Positions 32,145 to 46,107 of a DNA stretch of 64,000 nt are shown piece after piece (positions within the stretch are counted from its first letter, which is position 1; the number at the start of each line of letters is the position of its first letter). The translations under genes and the position numbers were made by a program. A model generated the notes under the pieces. The model made no database searches and was not told the DNA's origin. It worked only from the letters and a program-made list of their open reading frames with translations. The stretch is from the human T2T-CHM13v2.0 reference genome, Homo sapiens, in NCBI RefSeq assembly GCF_009914755.1, contig NC_060926.1, one strand, 5' to 3'.

Positions 32145-32687
32145 TTATGAACAGAGCCCTTGGTTCTGTAACTTGCTTCCTGTGTGAGGCTGGGCACTTC
32201 CTACTCTTCTGAGACTTGTGGTCCTTACCTATAAAATGAAGATAACAAATAGAGAAATAATGTATGTAGATGCTTCACAAATGGTCCCAGTTTTTTTTTT
32301 TTTTTTGAATAAGCAAATCCTATGTGATGCCTAAAAGGAACCTAATCCGCTTCAGAGGAATTTATATAAGATCCTAGACAAAGTGTTGTATTCTGTAACC
32401 AGAATACTCATAGAATATTATTACCACAAAAATCTACATTGTTATCACCTCTTAAATGTTCACTTTGATAACCTCTATCCAAGAGTAGGTTCTGACTATA
32501 AAATTAAATTTTTTCTAGGGATGCTGGTCATCCAATTACAGAAGAGTTTCACCTTATTTTAAGAATGATTAAATGTAGGGAAATTATTCTTTAAAAATTC
32601 ATTAGCTCTTCCTGCTGCTTTTCCTTGCAAAATGAAAATCCTTTATTATATAATTAGTTCTTATGCAAATGATTAAAACATTTTTCA

Positions 32688-32983
32688 GGCCAGGCACAGT
32701 GGCTCATGCCTGTAATCCCATCACTTTAGGAGGCTGAGGCAGGAAGATCACTTGGGACAAGGAGTTTGAGACCAGCTTGGGCAAGATGGCGAGACCCCTC
32801 TGTATAAAAAACTAAAAAATTAGCTGGCCATGGTGGCAAACACCTTTAGTCCCCGCTACTTGGGAGGCTGAGGCAGGAAAATTGGTGAGCCCAGGTGGTC
32901 GAGGCTGCAGTGAGCTATGATCACACCACTGCATTCCAGCCTGGGCAACAGAGCAAGACTCTGTCTTAAAAAAAAAAAAAAAA
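32688..32983 (+). mobile_element. AluJ
   Basis: Dimeric Alu with GGTCGAGGCTGCAGTGAGCTATGATC; A tail. Confidence 0.93.
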
Positions 32984-33644
32984 TCATTTTAAAACCTGAT
33001 ACATGCTGGGAGAAATTAAGAGGAGGACAAAGTTAAAGAAGATAAATAGAACATTTTTCAAGCTTCCTACTTAGGGCATTTTCCTCTTTGCTTATTAGAA
33101 GGCTTAATATATATCAGTAACATTTATCTATGTGTGCCCTCTTCAAGGAAAGACACAGGCACACACATGCACACAAGTGCCCTTGAAAGAGAATAATAAT
33201 GGCAGAACTCATTATATATCCTAGGTTTTTATATTTCTGAGAAATGGAAAAATTGCTTTTCTTAGTAATGTAGGAAGCACTTAAATCCTGAGAGCAAGCC
33301 ACCTCAACATTGTTTCTTCTTGTTTTTGTGCTCTTAAATTAAAATGCATGTTTTAATTGCTGCAACTATAATTTGTTCAGTAATGGCGTAATTACGAGGC
33401 ATGATGAAGAGAGAATGTGCATCATCCTTTTTATTATCTTTCTCTTTTTGTTTTAACCTTTTGTCTCAACCTTGGCTAGAGTCTAAAGAGATAGACTAGA
33501 ATAGTTACTGCCAGCTCAAGAAACACACTTAACCACTGCTCATTTCTAGTGAACAGTACCTTACAGTGTCTTAGCACTAAAGCTAATTATAACAGAAAAT
33601 AAATATTGAGAACAGTGAAGTTATGATGGCTTTAAAATTGGGGT

Positions 33645-33775
33645 TTTTTCTTGTTTTTACTTTACTTTTAGGTTCAGGGGCACATGGCCACGTTTGTTAT
33701 ATAGGTAGATTGTGTGTCATGGAGGTTTGGAGTACAGATTATTTCCTCACCCAGATAATCAGCATAGTACCTGAA
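33645..33775 (-). mobile_element. Primate L1 (old L1PA/PB) extreme 3' end
   Basis: TTTTAGGTTCAGGGGCACATG...GTTTGTTATATAGGTA...CACCCAGATAATCAGCATAGTACC. Confidence 0.8.
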
Positions 33776-34263
33776 TTTTTTTTTCTGACAAACCAATTTG
33801 GAAAATTTTATTAGTTCCAATAGATTGATAGGTAGATTTCCCCCCAACGCTTTATCATAAAAATGTTCAAACATAAAAGTGGAAAGAATTTTACAGTGAA
33901 CACTAACATCCCACCACACACAGTCTACTGTTAACTTTTTACTGGCTTTATCACGGAGATTTTTAAAGGACTTCACTGTTTCCTTTTAGGAGTTCTTAAA
34001 AGAGAGAATTAGTTTTCTCCCTTCCTGGACAAAAAACATGAATTATCCCAACCTTAGGCCACACGATAGAAAACAGCATCTGAATCTCTCCTTGTGAATA
34101 GTTCACCGAAAATAAAGAATAGAGCTCCCTAAACCTGAGTGATCTGATGATTGTAAAATAACTACATCAGGACATTGTATCATGTTTTATTTTGTGATGG
34201 TGGGTTGAGTTTATTACCATGCTTGTAGTATCTACGTTTTCTCTTAAATGTCTCCTTTCTTAA

Positions 34264-34494
<231 letters not shown>

Positions 34495-34640
34495 CAGTCC
34501 TGATTTCTGACCATAGCTTAGGGAAAAAGAAAAGGTTTTTTTTATGATTTTGGAACTCTTATAAGTCCTGCATTTCATAAGCAAGAAATAGTGTTTCTCC
34601 AAGCTTGTTGCCTTGTGTAAGTATTTGAAAAGAATATTGA

Positions 34641-34938
34641 GGCCGGTCGCGGTGGCTCACGCCTGTAATCCCAGCTCTTTGGGAGGCCAAGGCAGGCAGA
34701 TCACCTGAGGTCAGGAGTTTGAGACCACCTTGACCAACATGGAGAAACCCTGTCTCTACTAAAAATACAAAAAATTAGCCAGGTGTGGTGGCACATGCCT
34801 GTAATCCCAGCTACTCAGGAGGCTGAGGCAGGAGAATCACTTGAACCTGGAGGCAGAGGTTGCAGTGAGCCGAGATCATGCCATTGCACTCCAGCCTGAG
34901 CAACAAGAGTGAAAAACTCCATCTCAAAAAAAAAAAAA
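34641..34938 (+). mobile_element. AluSp-like
   Basis: GACCAACATGGAGAAACC and AACAAGAGTGAAA motifs; A tail. Confidence 0.94.
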
Positions 34939-35225
34939 TTGAAATCCTGTCTTCTGAGACAAAAGATGGTTACCAGACATTTCTCTGTGTTTACTTTGTT
35001 AGGAAGCTTTGTCCTCTGTTGTGTAAGAAACAAGAACACTGTTTACCTTGAAATTCGCTGAGCACTGTGTCTGCTAGTGAAGGGGGATAGGGAGACATCA
35101 AAAATACTCTTAAAAGAAAACTTGATATCATAAATCCTATTAAAGCTTGTTAAATAAATTTAGTAATGAGAAAATTGTATTGCATGAGTGGAAGAGTAAA
35201 CCCAGGATGAAACATTTGAGCCAGG

Positions 35226-35358
35226 TCACATGATGCATGACTATAAATAGCATGTTTGGAAGCTGACATTATTCCCCCCCTGACTCAGCGGAGATTTAGG
35301 TAACTTCATCTCTGCTCCCGATAGCCGTGGGCAGTAACATGACGCCTTACGCCATCTG
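35226..35358. promoter_or_regulatory. Candidate intronic enhancer (MEF2, AP-1/ARE, E-boxes)
   Basis: CTATAAATAG 35241-35250, TGACTCAGC 35281-35289, TCACATGA 35226-35233, CATCTG 35353-35358. Motif evidence only. Confidence 0.4.
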
Positions 35359-35723
35359 CTGATGCCAAATGAATACTGCATGCACTTTGAAAATTACTGC
35401 GTTGTTTACTCCTGTTACTAGATACTTCTTTGGGCTTTCTGTTTGTTGTTTTACAATAACCTTATTTATTTTTATTCCTTTGAAATATCTTATCTAGGGC
35501 TAGTGAGGTAAATGAATTTTTATTTAGGGATACAAAAATTATACAGTGAGCTCAAGTCTAGGTATAAGGGACTTTTTTCTGGGCTGAGATAATTAACAAA
35601 ACAAAACATTTAAGTAATATTTGTTTTTTGCAGTAAGAGATCAGTATACATGTCATCAGATCATTCTCCTTTAAAATCCATATATGAGTTCCCATTACTC
35701 TTAAGACAAAGACCAGAATACTT

Positions 35724-35846
35724 GGCACAGTGGCTCATGCCTGTAATCCCAGCACTTCAGGAGGCCAAGGCTGGTGGATTACTTGAGCCCAGGAGTTCAA
35801 GCCCAGCCTGGTGACAGAGCAAGAATCATTCTCAAGAAATGAAAAG
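35724..35846 (+). mobile_element. Alu monomer (FLAM-like)
   Basis: Single arm; perfect TSD GACCAGAATACTT (35711-35723 / 35847-35859). Confidence 0.9.
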
Positions 35847-36205
35847 GACCAGAATACTTAAGAAGACTCACCAGACCCTCATTACTGTGGCCTCACCAGT
35901 GTCAGCTTAAGAAGATCATTCTCCCCTTAATTTCTGGCTTTCAGTCCCTCAACAGATGCGTATTTCTCCCCTTTTCAGGATCTTTACAAGCAGTTTCCTC
36001 TCTTTGAAGCTTATCCCATTTCAGCTGTGTACCACGCCTGCCGTCACACCCCACCTTAACTCCTGTTCATCATTCACATGGCAGTTGAATAACACGTCTG
36101 CAGGGAAACACTTCCCGACCCCAGGCCAGATCAGGTTCCACTTTATGTGCTCTGAGAGCATCTCCTTCATAGGCTTTGCTGCTATTGGAATTAAGAAGTA
36201 ATTCG

Positions 36206-36516
<311 letters not shown>

Positions 36517-36735
36517 TTAATGTGTATCTCACGGGCTGAAATATAAGAGAGGCAGACAATCACGTTTGTTCATCACTCACAGCATCAAAATGTGCCTTGA
36601 ACACAGCATTTGCTCCGTAAATATTTGGGGAAGCAAGAGAGAAAATTACCATGGTGGTAATAATATAAAAAGAGATTGTGATATTATACAAGAGAATATA
36701 AATATGTATGTTTGCCATGACAAAAGTACTTCTTA

Positions 36736-37060
36736 TGTTCATTCATTCATTATCCATTCATTGAACTTCTGCTGGTGTGAGAACGACTGTTGCCATTCGG
36801 GTACTGGGCTGTAGCGATGAGCACAAGAGTCCCAGGGCATGTGGGGAGCTCTCCAGCCCGAGTGTCCAATGTTAAACTATTAAATATATTCAAAACTATC
36901 GCATTTCTATTTTGACAAGTATTATGACAGAGAAATATACTAGATGTCTGAGAGCATATGGCCATGAAATCTGATCTAGTCCAAGGACATAGTAAAAGGA
37001 TTTTGGAGAAAATGCTATTTGATCTATTACCGAAGGGATTAGTAAGATTTTAATACCAAG
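36736..37060 (-). mobile_element. LINE-2 remnant
   Basis: TTCATTCATTCATT start and L2-like continuation. Confidence 0.5.
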
Positions 37061-37089
37061 ATAGGGAGTCTTTTAAAGTATGTCAACAA

Positions 37090-37397
37090 GGCCAGGCGTG
37101 GTAGCTCACACCTGTAATCCCAACACTTTGGGAGGCCGAAGTGAAAGACTGCTTGAGCCCAGAAGTTCAAGACTAGCCTGAGCAACGTAGACCTCATCTC
37201 TACTCACAATTTAAAAATTAGCTGGGCATTGTGACTCTAACCTGTGGTCCCAGTTACTCAACTCGGGAGGCTGAGGTGGGAGGATCACTTGAGCTGGGGA
37301 GGTCAAAGCTGCATTGAGCCGAGATCTGGCCACGACACTCCAGCCTGGGCTACAGAGTGAGATCCTATTCAAAAAAAAAAAAAAAAAAAGAAAAGAA
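37090..37397 (+). mobile_element. AluJ
   Basis: Dimeric Alu with long A tail. Confidence 0.93.
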
Positions 37398-38064
37398 ATG
37401 AGAAGGCTGTGCAAAAATGTAGGGACACTTATTCAGCAAAACATCACTGAAAAGGGTAAACCAGAAATGGTATAAAGTGCAATAAACAGAGAATTAAAAT
37501 AAATTTAAAATGATGGTATCTCCATATACAGAATATGATCATTCCTAAAATCACAGATCTGATAAATGATTTCAAAGTAGACCCTACAGTCTAGTTTGTT
37601 TAGAATGTTTCTATTTTTTATAAAATAAATATATATTATTGTGTATATGTACACAGAGAAAAGTATCAAAAAGTCAGTGTTATCACTGGGTAATGGGATT
37701 ATAGAGAGTGTTTTTTATTTGTATATCTTTATTCCCTACTTCTTCCACATTAAACATGGACTAGTTGGATGATAAATTCAATTTTTAAAATGCTTGAAGA
37801 TGAAAGTGAGGGAAATAAAATTGATGATTGAGAACGGGGGGGAAAAGGAGATACAAGACAGTGAAGTATTTTAGTAAAAGGCGTACAGTTGCCTAAGGGG
37901 CCTCCTCATCTTTCAGGAACTGTTAATCCTGTTCTGAGAGCTGGAGAGAGAATATATATCTTGACCTGAACCAGTAAACCACAGTTTGAGAAGCAGTAGA
38001 GCTGTTTTCACTGAAGCAGGCAATTGGTTAAAAACAGGACTGTAATAGTAATTTTAATAATAAA

Positions 38065-38285
38065 CACAGTTGTCACTTATTAGGTTCTTACCAGATGCCT
38101 GTACTTCATTTAGATTTTCTTTTTTAATCCCCATAGCAACCCTAAATTATATCACAGATGCAAAGGTAAATTGAGTAACTTGCTCAAAATCATACAGAAC
38201 TGAGAACAGAACCCAGTACAGAATACAGTAACAGAACCCAGGTGGTCTGGTAGCACAGGCCTGCCCTTGCACCCATGCTGTACAG
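38065..38285 (-). mobile_element. MIR SINE
   Basis: TTTAATCCCCATAGCAACCC...ACAGATG...TGAGTAACTTGCTCAAAATCATACAG. Confidence 0.65.
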
Positions 38286-40940
38286 TGCGGTTACTAGACT
38301 TGTGGCCGTTGTTGTGCTGTCTTCTCATTAGCATGCAATATTCACTTGACTGAATTCCTTTTTAGCTAAGAGAAATATTACAGGGCATGATCATTTTAGG
38401 TTATTAAGGTGTCTAACTCAATATGTAAACTGCTGAAAAGAATTATATGTTTTTATCAGATAATCTCAACATTTCAAAAGACAACACATTCAGACTACTC
38501 CCCTTTCCCCCCAACTTTTATCTAGTGTCTGAAACCACATGACTAGTGTCCAAAGAGTGTTTTAGTAAATTAGAGTCACCGTGATCACAGTGCAGCCTGA
38601 TTCCAATCCTGCTGTGGTGTTTCTGGCAAATGATTATTTTCTGGCAGAGCTTCCTCTACATACAGACCAGATGCAACTTGTATTTTTAGAAAACTGAATG
38701 GTTATTCTGAAATTCTTTTTAAAACTACATTATTAAAAACCACATAAACTGTGTTCTTTCCTTTGACCTAATAAATGATGATAGGAACAAAATCTAGTGT
38801 CAGACTTTTCCTCAGTCATCAGATCTTCAGCTTATTTCTCCTCCCATTGACTTACTAGCAATAATGGCAATGAGCATTAAGAACAGAAAATGTGTCATCC
38901 TGTTGGTCCTGTTTTGGATTTTCATTAACCATGTGACTGTAGACCTGTGGCAACCTGCACTGAATGAGCCATGCAGTGTTGTGATGAGCGTTCCGATCTG
39001 TGTCTCTTGGCAAAACACTTGGTTGGTTGTGTTTCCCGTGGTGACCAAAGTACTCTCACCATGACGTGCGTTCTTAAAAAACCAGAGATCAAAAATGTAA
39101 CCTTTGCAATTGCACAAATCATGTAATATATAACACATTTAATAAACAGATTATACATTTATCATGTAATATATATTCTATATCACTCTTTTTACAAATT
39201 GACCTTTTATTTCAAAGTAAGTTTCTATCTGAGGAAAGAAGATAATTACGGTTCATTGCCTGTTTTTGGCATATGGAAAATTGATACTAGTTGACATTGA
39301 CCTTGATTGGATTTGGCTTACAAGAAGACCATAATTTTCATCAACTAAGACATTTAAACTATATTTTTAGAACAAGAAGTTTATATAAATATATCAACAA
39401 ATGCATTTGATGCACAACAATGCACCAAAAAAACCAAGGGAGCAGCTGTTTTTTTTGTCATCTCCAGGTTGGGGTTACATCTCTAATGGCATATAACCTC
39501 ACACACGATTTGACTCTGCAGTGTTGGGAGTGCTGTTGGAAAGCTGAGCCTGAGAGACAGATTGAGGAAGGAGATTTACTCGGTGTTTGTTTCTGTGTCA
39601 CAGCTTTCCGTCCATTTAACTCTTGATCTGTTTTCTGGAAGTGCTCAAAATCGCAGTAGGCTCTCAAAGCTGGAACTTGAGATGCATCTTTGGCTTAAAT
39701 TACAAGTGAAATAGAATGTAGTGGCCATTTACCCTGGTCTAAAAGAACATCAGTCAATCTGTCTCACTGGCAGGGGTGTGGGGACTGGGTCGGCAGAAGC
39801 GCTGTGTAGATGCTGTCCCCAGGCCTCTGCCATCGCACACTGAGGGCACCCAGCTCCACCACCTCCTTGCTGCCTTCTGACCGCCTCACTGACTGAAGAT
39901 GGCTCACTCTTTTCTTTTTTTGTGACAAAAATTTACCCTAAGGTTTTTCACGTTTTTTTCCCCTCAGTCCTCCATTGAAAAATAAAAACTTTGTTTACGT
40001 GCATAGGCATAATATTTTTGTCAGAAATATCAGGGATAAAATTTGGATTTTATGGTACAGTCATAATTCTGAAAAATTGCTGATTCACTGCCTTCTTTAG
40101 GGACAGTAATGGGACTTATAGCCTTTTATGATTTTTCAGATGGCACCAGTAAAAGGCACAGGGTGTTGATATTTGTGGGCAGTGCAGCAGAAGCTACTTA
40201 CACCTGATTGCTGCCTCCCTTGCTCTGAGGTGCATTTCAGACGAGTAGCGAAGTGAAATGTTGAGCCAAATCCAGACCCACCTCCATACCTGTTCAGAGT
40301 TGGATTTTGCCAGTGAATGCCTGAACTTTTTGTTTTCATTCACTTAGTTATTATCTGTAAGAGCATTGGAATGTTCCAGTAAGAGTAAACTGTTCACTTA
40401 CTCTTATTCTCCCTAGAAAGAAAAAGGCAGACTTTGGTTACATATATTCATTAACTTAGATGTGGGGGCTTCTACCTTCCATAGTCAACGTCTCAATCAT
40501 GATTATGCCATCACAACACAGGATTGCCTCAGTGGCACCTGGAAGCAGTAGCTGGCAGCACCCAGCAGCTATTCTGCAATAGTCACCCAGTTCCCATCTT
40601 CTTCTGCATCCTTCTCTCCAGTGCCTTCTCTAGCCTTGACTTCCCTCTCCCCTCTCCCTCATTCTCTCAGTATTGTGGCTTACTTAAAGGCTTTTCAGAA
40701 ACTCAAGGGAAAGAGCTTCCAGTTTTCAAAACATAGATTTAGACTTAAACATTGCAACAGCCCTAAAGGAGAAAAACATTTGTGCTGAGCCATGGTACCA
40801 GTTCCACTTTCTGTGAAGAACAGATTTCTGTAACATGGCACATGGTTCCAAGTGGTGAGGTTGGTTGGCCTATAGGCACAAAGGGGATAACTTCCTTTAA
40901 AAATTATTAGAATTAAAAGGAACCTTAGAGTTCATCTGGC

Positions 40941-41148
40941 CCAGGGTTTTCTACACTTGCTTGATTGTAAAAATTACTCGGGTCTTTTACAAAATAATGA
41001 AAATTCCAGGGTCCCACCCAGGCCTACTGACTCATGAGCTCTAAGGAAGGGTCCTAGAAATCCATGTTTTGCTGGGTTCTGGTGTTTTTTTTTTTTTAAA
41101 AAACAAGTTGCCTATGTAAGTCTAAGGATCAGGCAGGTAGGAGAACCC
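40941..41148. mobile_element. MER5-like hAT-Charlie fossil within a MIR
   Basis: CCAGGGTCCCACCCAGGCCTACTGACTCA...GGGTCCTAGAAATCCATGTTTT; CAGGGTTTTC / GAGAACCCT termini. Confidence 0.65.
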
Positions 41149-41665
41149 TAATGTACTATAACCACCACCCCTTACAACCAAGGAAACTGAGACAGGTTAG
41201 TCAATTGATTGCTTGGGTTACTCAGCCAATGTGTAGCCTAAAGTGTCATCTCAACCACTTACTGATGGTGTGTTGTTGACCACCTAACCTGAATATCATT
41301 TTCCCACCTATACTATGAGATTAATACCTGTTTCTTGGGACTGTTAATGGGAATAAGATGAGATCATATATAACATCACTTACGAACTGTAAAAAGCTAG
41401 ATAAATGTAAGCATTTACTAAATGGCTGTACCAGGACACCAGCTCCATAGGTTATGCTGCACCCCAGTGGCCCTTCAACACTTTGTTGAAATATTTTGAG
41501 CTTATTTTTCCAAGCTAGAAACTACCCTTGATATTTAAGGACATGAAAGATTCCTTCTCCTCCGGCAGTTACCTGGTTGATTTTAAAGCACCAGCATGTG
41601 TCTTTTACTTTGATTAGCATTCTGATGGACCCACTAAGCGCTTGATGTCTCTTAAGTAAAGTTGA

Positions 41666-41881
<216 letters not shown>

Positions 41882-44363
41882 TGAGCATGGCAGCATGGCA
41901 CCTCTTCCCCTGCCTCCCGCCGCCCCCTCCTCATTTCCTGCCTCGCGCCCGTGTATTAAAGGGCCCGCGTGTGGACTCAAGCAGCGTTCATACCTAATTT
42001 CAATTAATAAAATGCCAGAGATTTAAAAGAAAAGCTTATCCTATTTCTGGCTCCTTCCTTAAGAACTGTTATTCTGTCAGTGTGTTTATATATTAGAATT
42101 ACAATAATAAAATCCGATGTATTTTCACACCATCTGCTCAGTCTCAGAACATGCACCTCGGTGCTGATTAACTCCTTCTAGTCACTCAGTCATTAATAAC
42201 TGTAACTCCAGCAGCTCACTGACTAACAGAGTCTTTGATGTGTCAGAACTTAACCATGTTTTCCTTCTAAAATGGAGCTAACCATGATGACATGCAAATG
42301 AGAAGCATTAATATTTCGTACTCAATTTAGTGTTATGATCATGGGCAGCAAAATATTGGAAAAAGATTCTCTCTGGACAAGCTTTCAGTATTTATTACAC
42401 CTAGGCAGTATCTTGTTTTCTCCCAAGTCTTGTATTTAGAGGAATATAAAAATTATTTTTAAGCATTTCACTGGTTATACACTAACCTTGAGCTTACATG
42501 CTGATATATTATTCAAGTCTAATCAAATTTTAGCATTCTTTCCTATTTTAAATGGCATAACATTTTCAGGAATTAAGTATAAATTTATAATTGTTTTTTT
42601 TCCCAGGGTTTTTAATGGGCAATATTTGTTCACTTAAAATTACCCAAGTAATGGTAGATTAAAAGTAAACATATATTTTAAATTCATTTTTGATAGTTGC
42701 TATGGTGATGCCAAAAAATACTGAAATGCCGCTCGTTTTGTGATCTTCAAAAAGCTTTCCTATCTTTAAAAGTCTTAATCTTCATTAAGCAGCCAGTGCC
42801 CAATTGCAAAGTATTTTCCAGTGTCTAAAGAATAAAATAGTTTGTCTCCTTCCCAACTTGTGTGGAGAAGCAACCTGATATCCAAAAAAGGAAAATACCA
42901 TGAAGCTAAATGTTTATTATCAGATTCAACTTGGAAAAAAAGGACTTTGGTTCTCCAGGGAATTCCAAAATGAATTGAATTGCTATCCCTAACACTATCA
43001 TGGAACATTTTAAAAGTGCCACATTTTATCTGTGAATTTAACTTGGCTTGTGAGAAAGACGATGAGGGAAGTTTCCTGTTCTGGCTGAGTGGCAGCAGGC
43101 AGCCTCTGAAAGCCTCACTCTAGGGATCTGCACAGGAGCAGTGCTTCTCCCAGAGCTCATGAGGGACAGGAGCAAAAATGTGACCTCGTCCCTAGAGCAC
43201 AGCTTCTGAAGTCTGCGAGGTTTTGTTTTGCTTTAAAATGCATTGAAATCTAAAGCTGTAAAGCATTGCATGGCTTGACTCTTTCTAAATGTAGTATTGT
43301 AAGAAAAAACTTTACCCATTCATATATGCTTCAGAACCTTTCTTTAGTTTATTGGCATCAGTTTTGCTAAGAAATGGGCTGCCTTGCACACATTATTGCT
43401 CTTAGTAACATAGTTGCGTAATAAATAATAAAGTGCTCTACAATAAGGCTCTGTGTGCTCGGTAGGTTGCCTGCTTGAGTTTTTAACCCCACAAAACTTT
43501 CTGTGAAGGAACTGCTCTGAGGGCTACCGTCTAACAATGGACAGCCTGCAGCACAATCTCAATGAGATTTTCTTCTTTTTTCCTTATGGGAGATAAGTTT
43601 TCTTTCTTTACAGTACTTGCTTTTAATGTGTCTTCTGCTTAGAGCTGGTATTTCTGAAGGAAAGAAAGTTTATGTTCAGATATTTTGTAAGTAGGTATTT
43701 TCTTTTGTCCTCACATCAGTTTCTGTTTAGCTTTAACTGAGATTTCTTAGAGAAAGATGAAATAAACATTTTAAAAAGGAAGTGGCTGGAGGTTTAGCTT
43801 TCCTGTAGGTGGCCTCATCTTAATTATGTAAGTTTAACATTTATGTAACTTCATAAAAAATTGTATCATTGAATTAATTTCAAGGGCACTATTTTCTTTC
43901 CTAAAACTAAAACATTAGTTAAGGATATTTGGGGAGATTAATCCTTTATGCATAAATATGGATGTTTATTTTCTAATTATAGTTGAAGCTTGATGTAAAC
44001 TTTTTATTTATTTTAAGAATATAGGCTTATCTGAGACACATTTATAGAGATCTTTAGAGTCAAACCTCATGTGAGGAAGGACCCTCAAAATAATGCAATG
44101 AGCCACAAAGAGTTCCTGAGACTATCTAACAATTGAAAACGAATTTCAGAAGCTGAGAAGTTTGACTGCAAGGGAAATAACATCCTGTTTCCAATGTTTA
44201 AAGATCTAAAGTAATTGTTTTCTTCCATATAATGGATACCTTTGAGTTGAATTATATGAAATTAAAGTTATTGAACTAACAACTCCAGGAGGGTTTTTCC
44301 CAAAAGAACAAGCTACTTTTCAAAAACTCAGCTCCAACTTCACTTTAAAAATTAGGAAATTGA

Positions 44364-44707
<344 letters not shown>

Positions 44708-45726
44708 TTATTTGTACATTATTTATCATAAATGTATCCATATTGAAACTATGCCAAAAACATAAGCCTTGATTTGCTTGTTTCTCAAAAGAAGAGGCAG
44801 TAACATTTTTCATGTGCTAACAGTTTTACCCCTGAAATAGATATGCCCAAACATTTATGGGAATAAGTTGGCTGTTCAAAATAATTACGTAAAGTAGAAG
44901 ATAATGTCTGTGACCACTGTGAGTGGTGACATCTTAGAAAAAAGTTCGGTTGAAAGAAGAAAACTTGAATATTAGAGCGTATTAGAACAATCTAAATTAA
45001 CACTATTTTCCTTTCTTCCCAGTTTTCATGTGTTTACATACTTACGTCTAACTTAAATGTGAGACAGAATCTAGAATTTGTTCACAAGTGAATTATTTAA
45101 TAATTTGAATAAATAGTATTACATCAGTTCTGGCTACAATAAATAAATAAGTGGAAGCAAGTGAATTCTAGACTAATTTTTAGTGTATATTCAGAGTACT
45201 AATCCAGATAAAAAGGGAGTTAATAACCCACATTTCCCTAGAACTGTATAGACTGCTGAACTGTTTTTTGTGCTTCCTCTAAGCTTTTCTTTTGGGTACA
45301 AAGTTTCTTAATTTTTCATTTGAGATTTAATCTCTGCTTAATTTATTTTTTAAAAAATATAATGGTCAACTAAATGTTTCCTTATGAAAGTGAAATTGGG
45401 AAAAGTCAAGATAAATCCTAGAAACTATTTTGTTTTAAGCAAAATGAGGGCTTAAAACTTGCAACTTCTTTTCCATTTGAAATTTGGCTTGCTGTGGTGC
45501 TTTGCAAACTTTTGGTTGTGATTTATCCTGTCATTCATAAATTATGGCAAATATGCTGGAGCCAAATCTGCCATTAAATAAATTCTCACATAATTCCCTA
45601 CATTCATTTATTTCACTAATCATTTACCTCCTGTGTAGTGCCAACTAATTTTGTGGTATCTATTTTCCTGATTTAAATTGGTCCTAATTTCTCTTTTTAC
45701 TTCTGTCCTTTCTTCCCTTTTGATAG

Positions 45727-46107
45727 CTTCTCTTGCCTCTTGCTGCAAGAATGTCTGAGGAGTCTTACTTTGAATCTAAAACAGAGGAGTCAAACAGTGC
45801 AGAGATGTCATGTCAGATCACAGCAACAAGTAACGGGGAGGGCCATGGCATGAACCCAAGTCTGCAGGCCATGATGCTGATGGGCTTTGGGGATATCTTC
45901 TCAATGAACAAAGCAGGAGCTGTGATGCATTCTGGGATGCAGATAAACATGCAAGCCAAGCAGAATTCTTCCAAAACCACATCTAAGAGAAGGGGGAAGA
46001 AAGTCAACATGGCTCTGGGGTTCAGTGATTTTGACTTGTCAGAAGGTGACGATGATGATGATGATGACGGTGAGGAGGAGGATAATGACATGGATAATAG
46101 TGAATGA
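45727..46107 (+). CDS. MAP3K20: ZAK-beta-specific terminal exon, coding part (LLLPLAARMSEES...GDDDDDDDGEEEDNDMDNSE*; 455-aa isoform)
   Basis: Long pyrimidine tract + gatag| acceptor; in frame with exon 11; 126 codons plus TGA gives 329+126=455 aa; acidic tail. Confidence 0.97.
   Translation, partial: LLLPLAARMSEESYFESKTEESNSAEMSCQITATSNGEGHGMNPSLQAMMLMGFGDIFSMNKAGAVMHSGMQINMQAKQNSSKTTSKRRGKKVNMALGFSDFDLSEGDDDDDDDGEEEDNDMDNSE

Noticed and set aside
45813-46091. Ser-rich 92-aa minus-strand ORF
   Set aside because: Antisense shadow of the GAT/GAG-rich beta exon.
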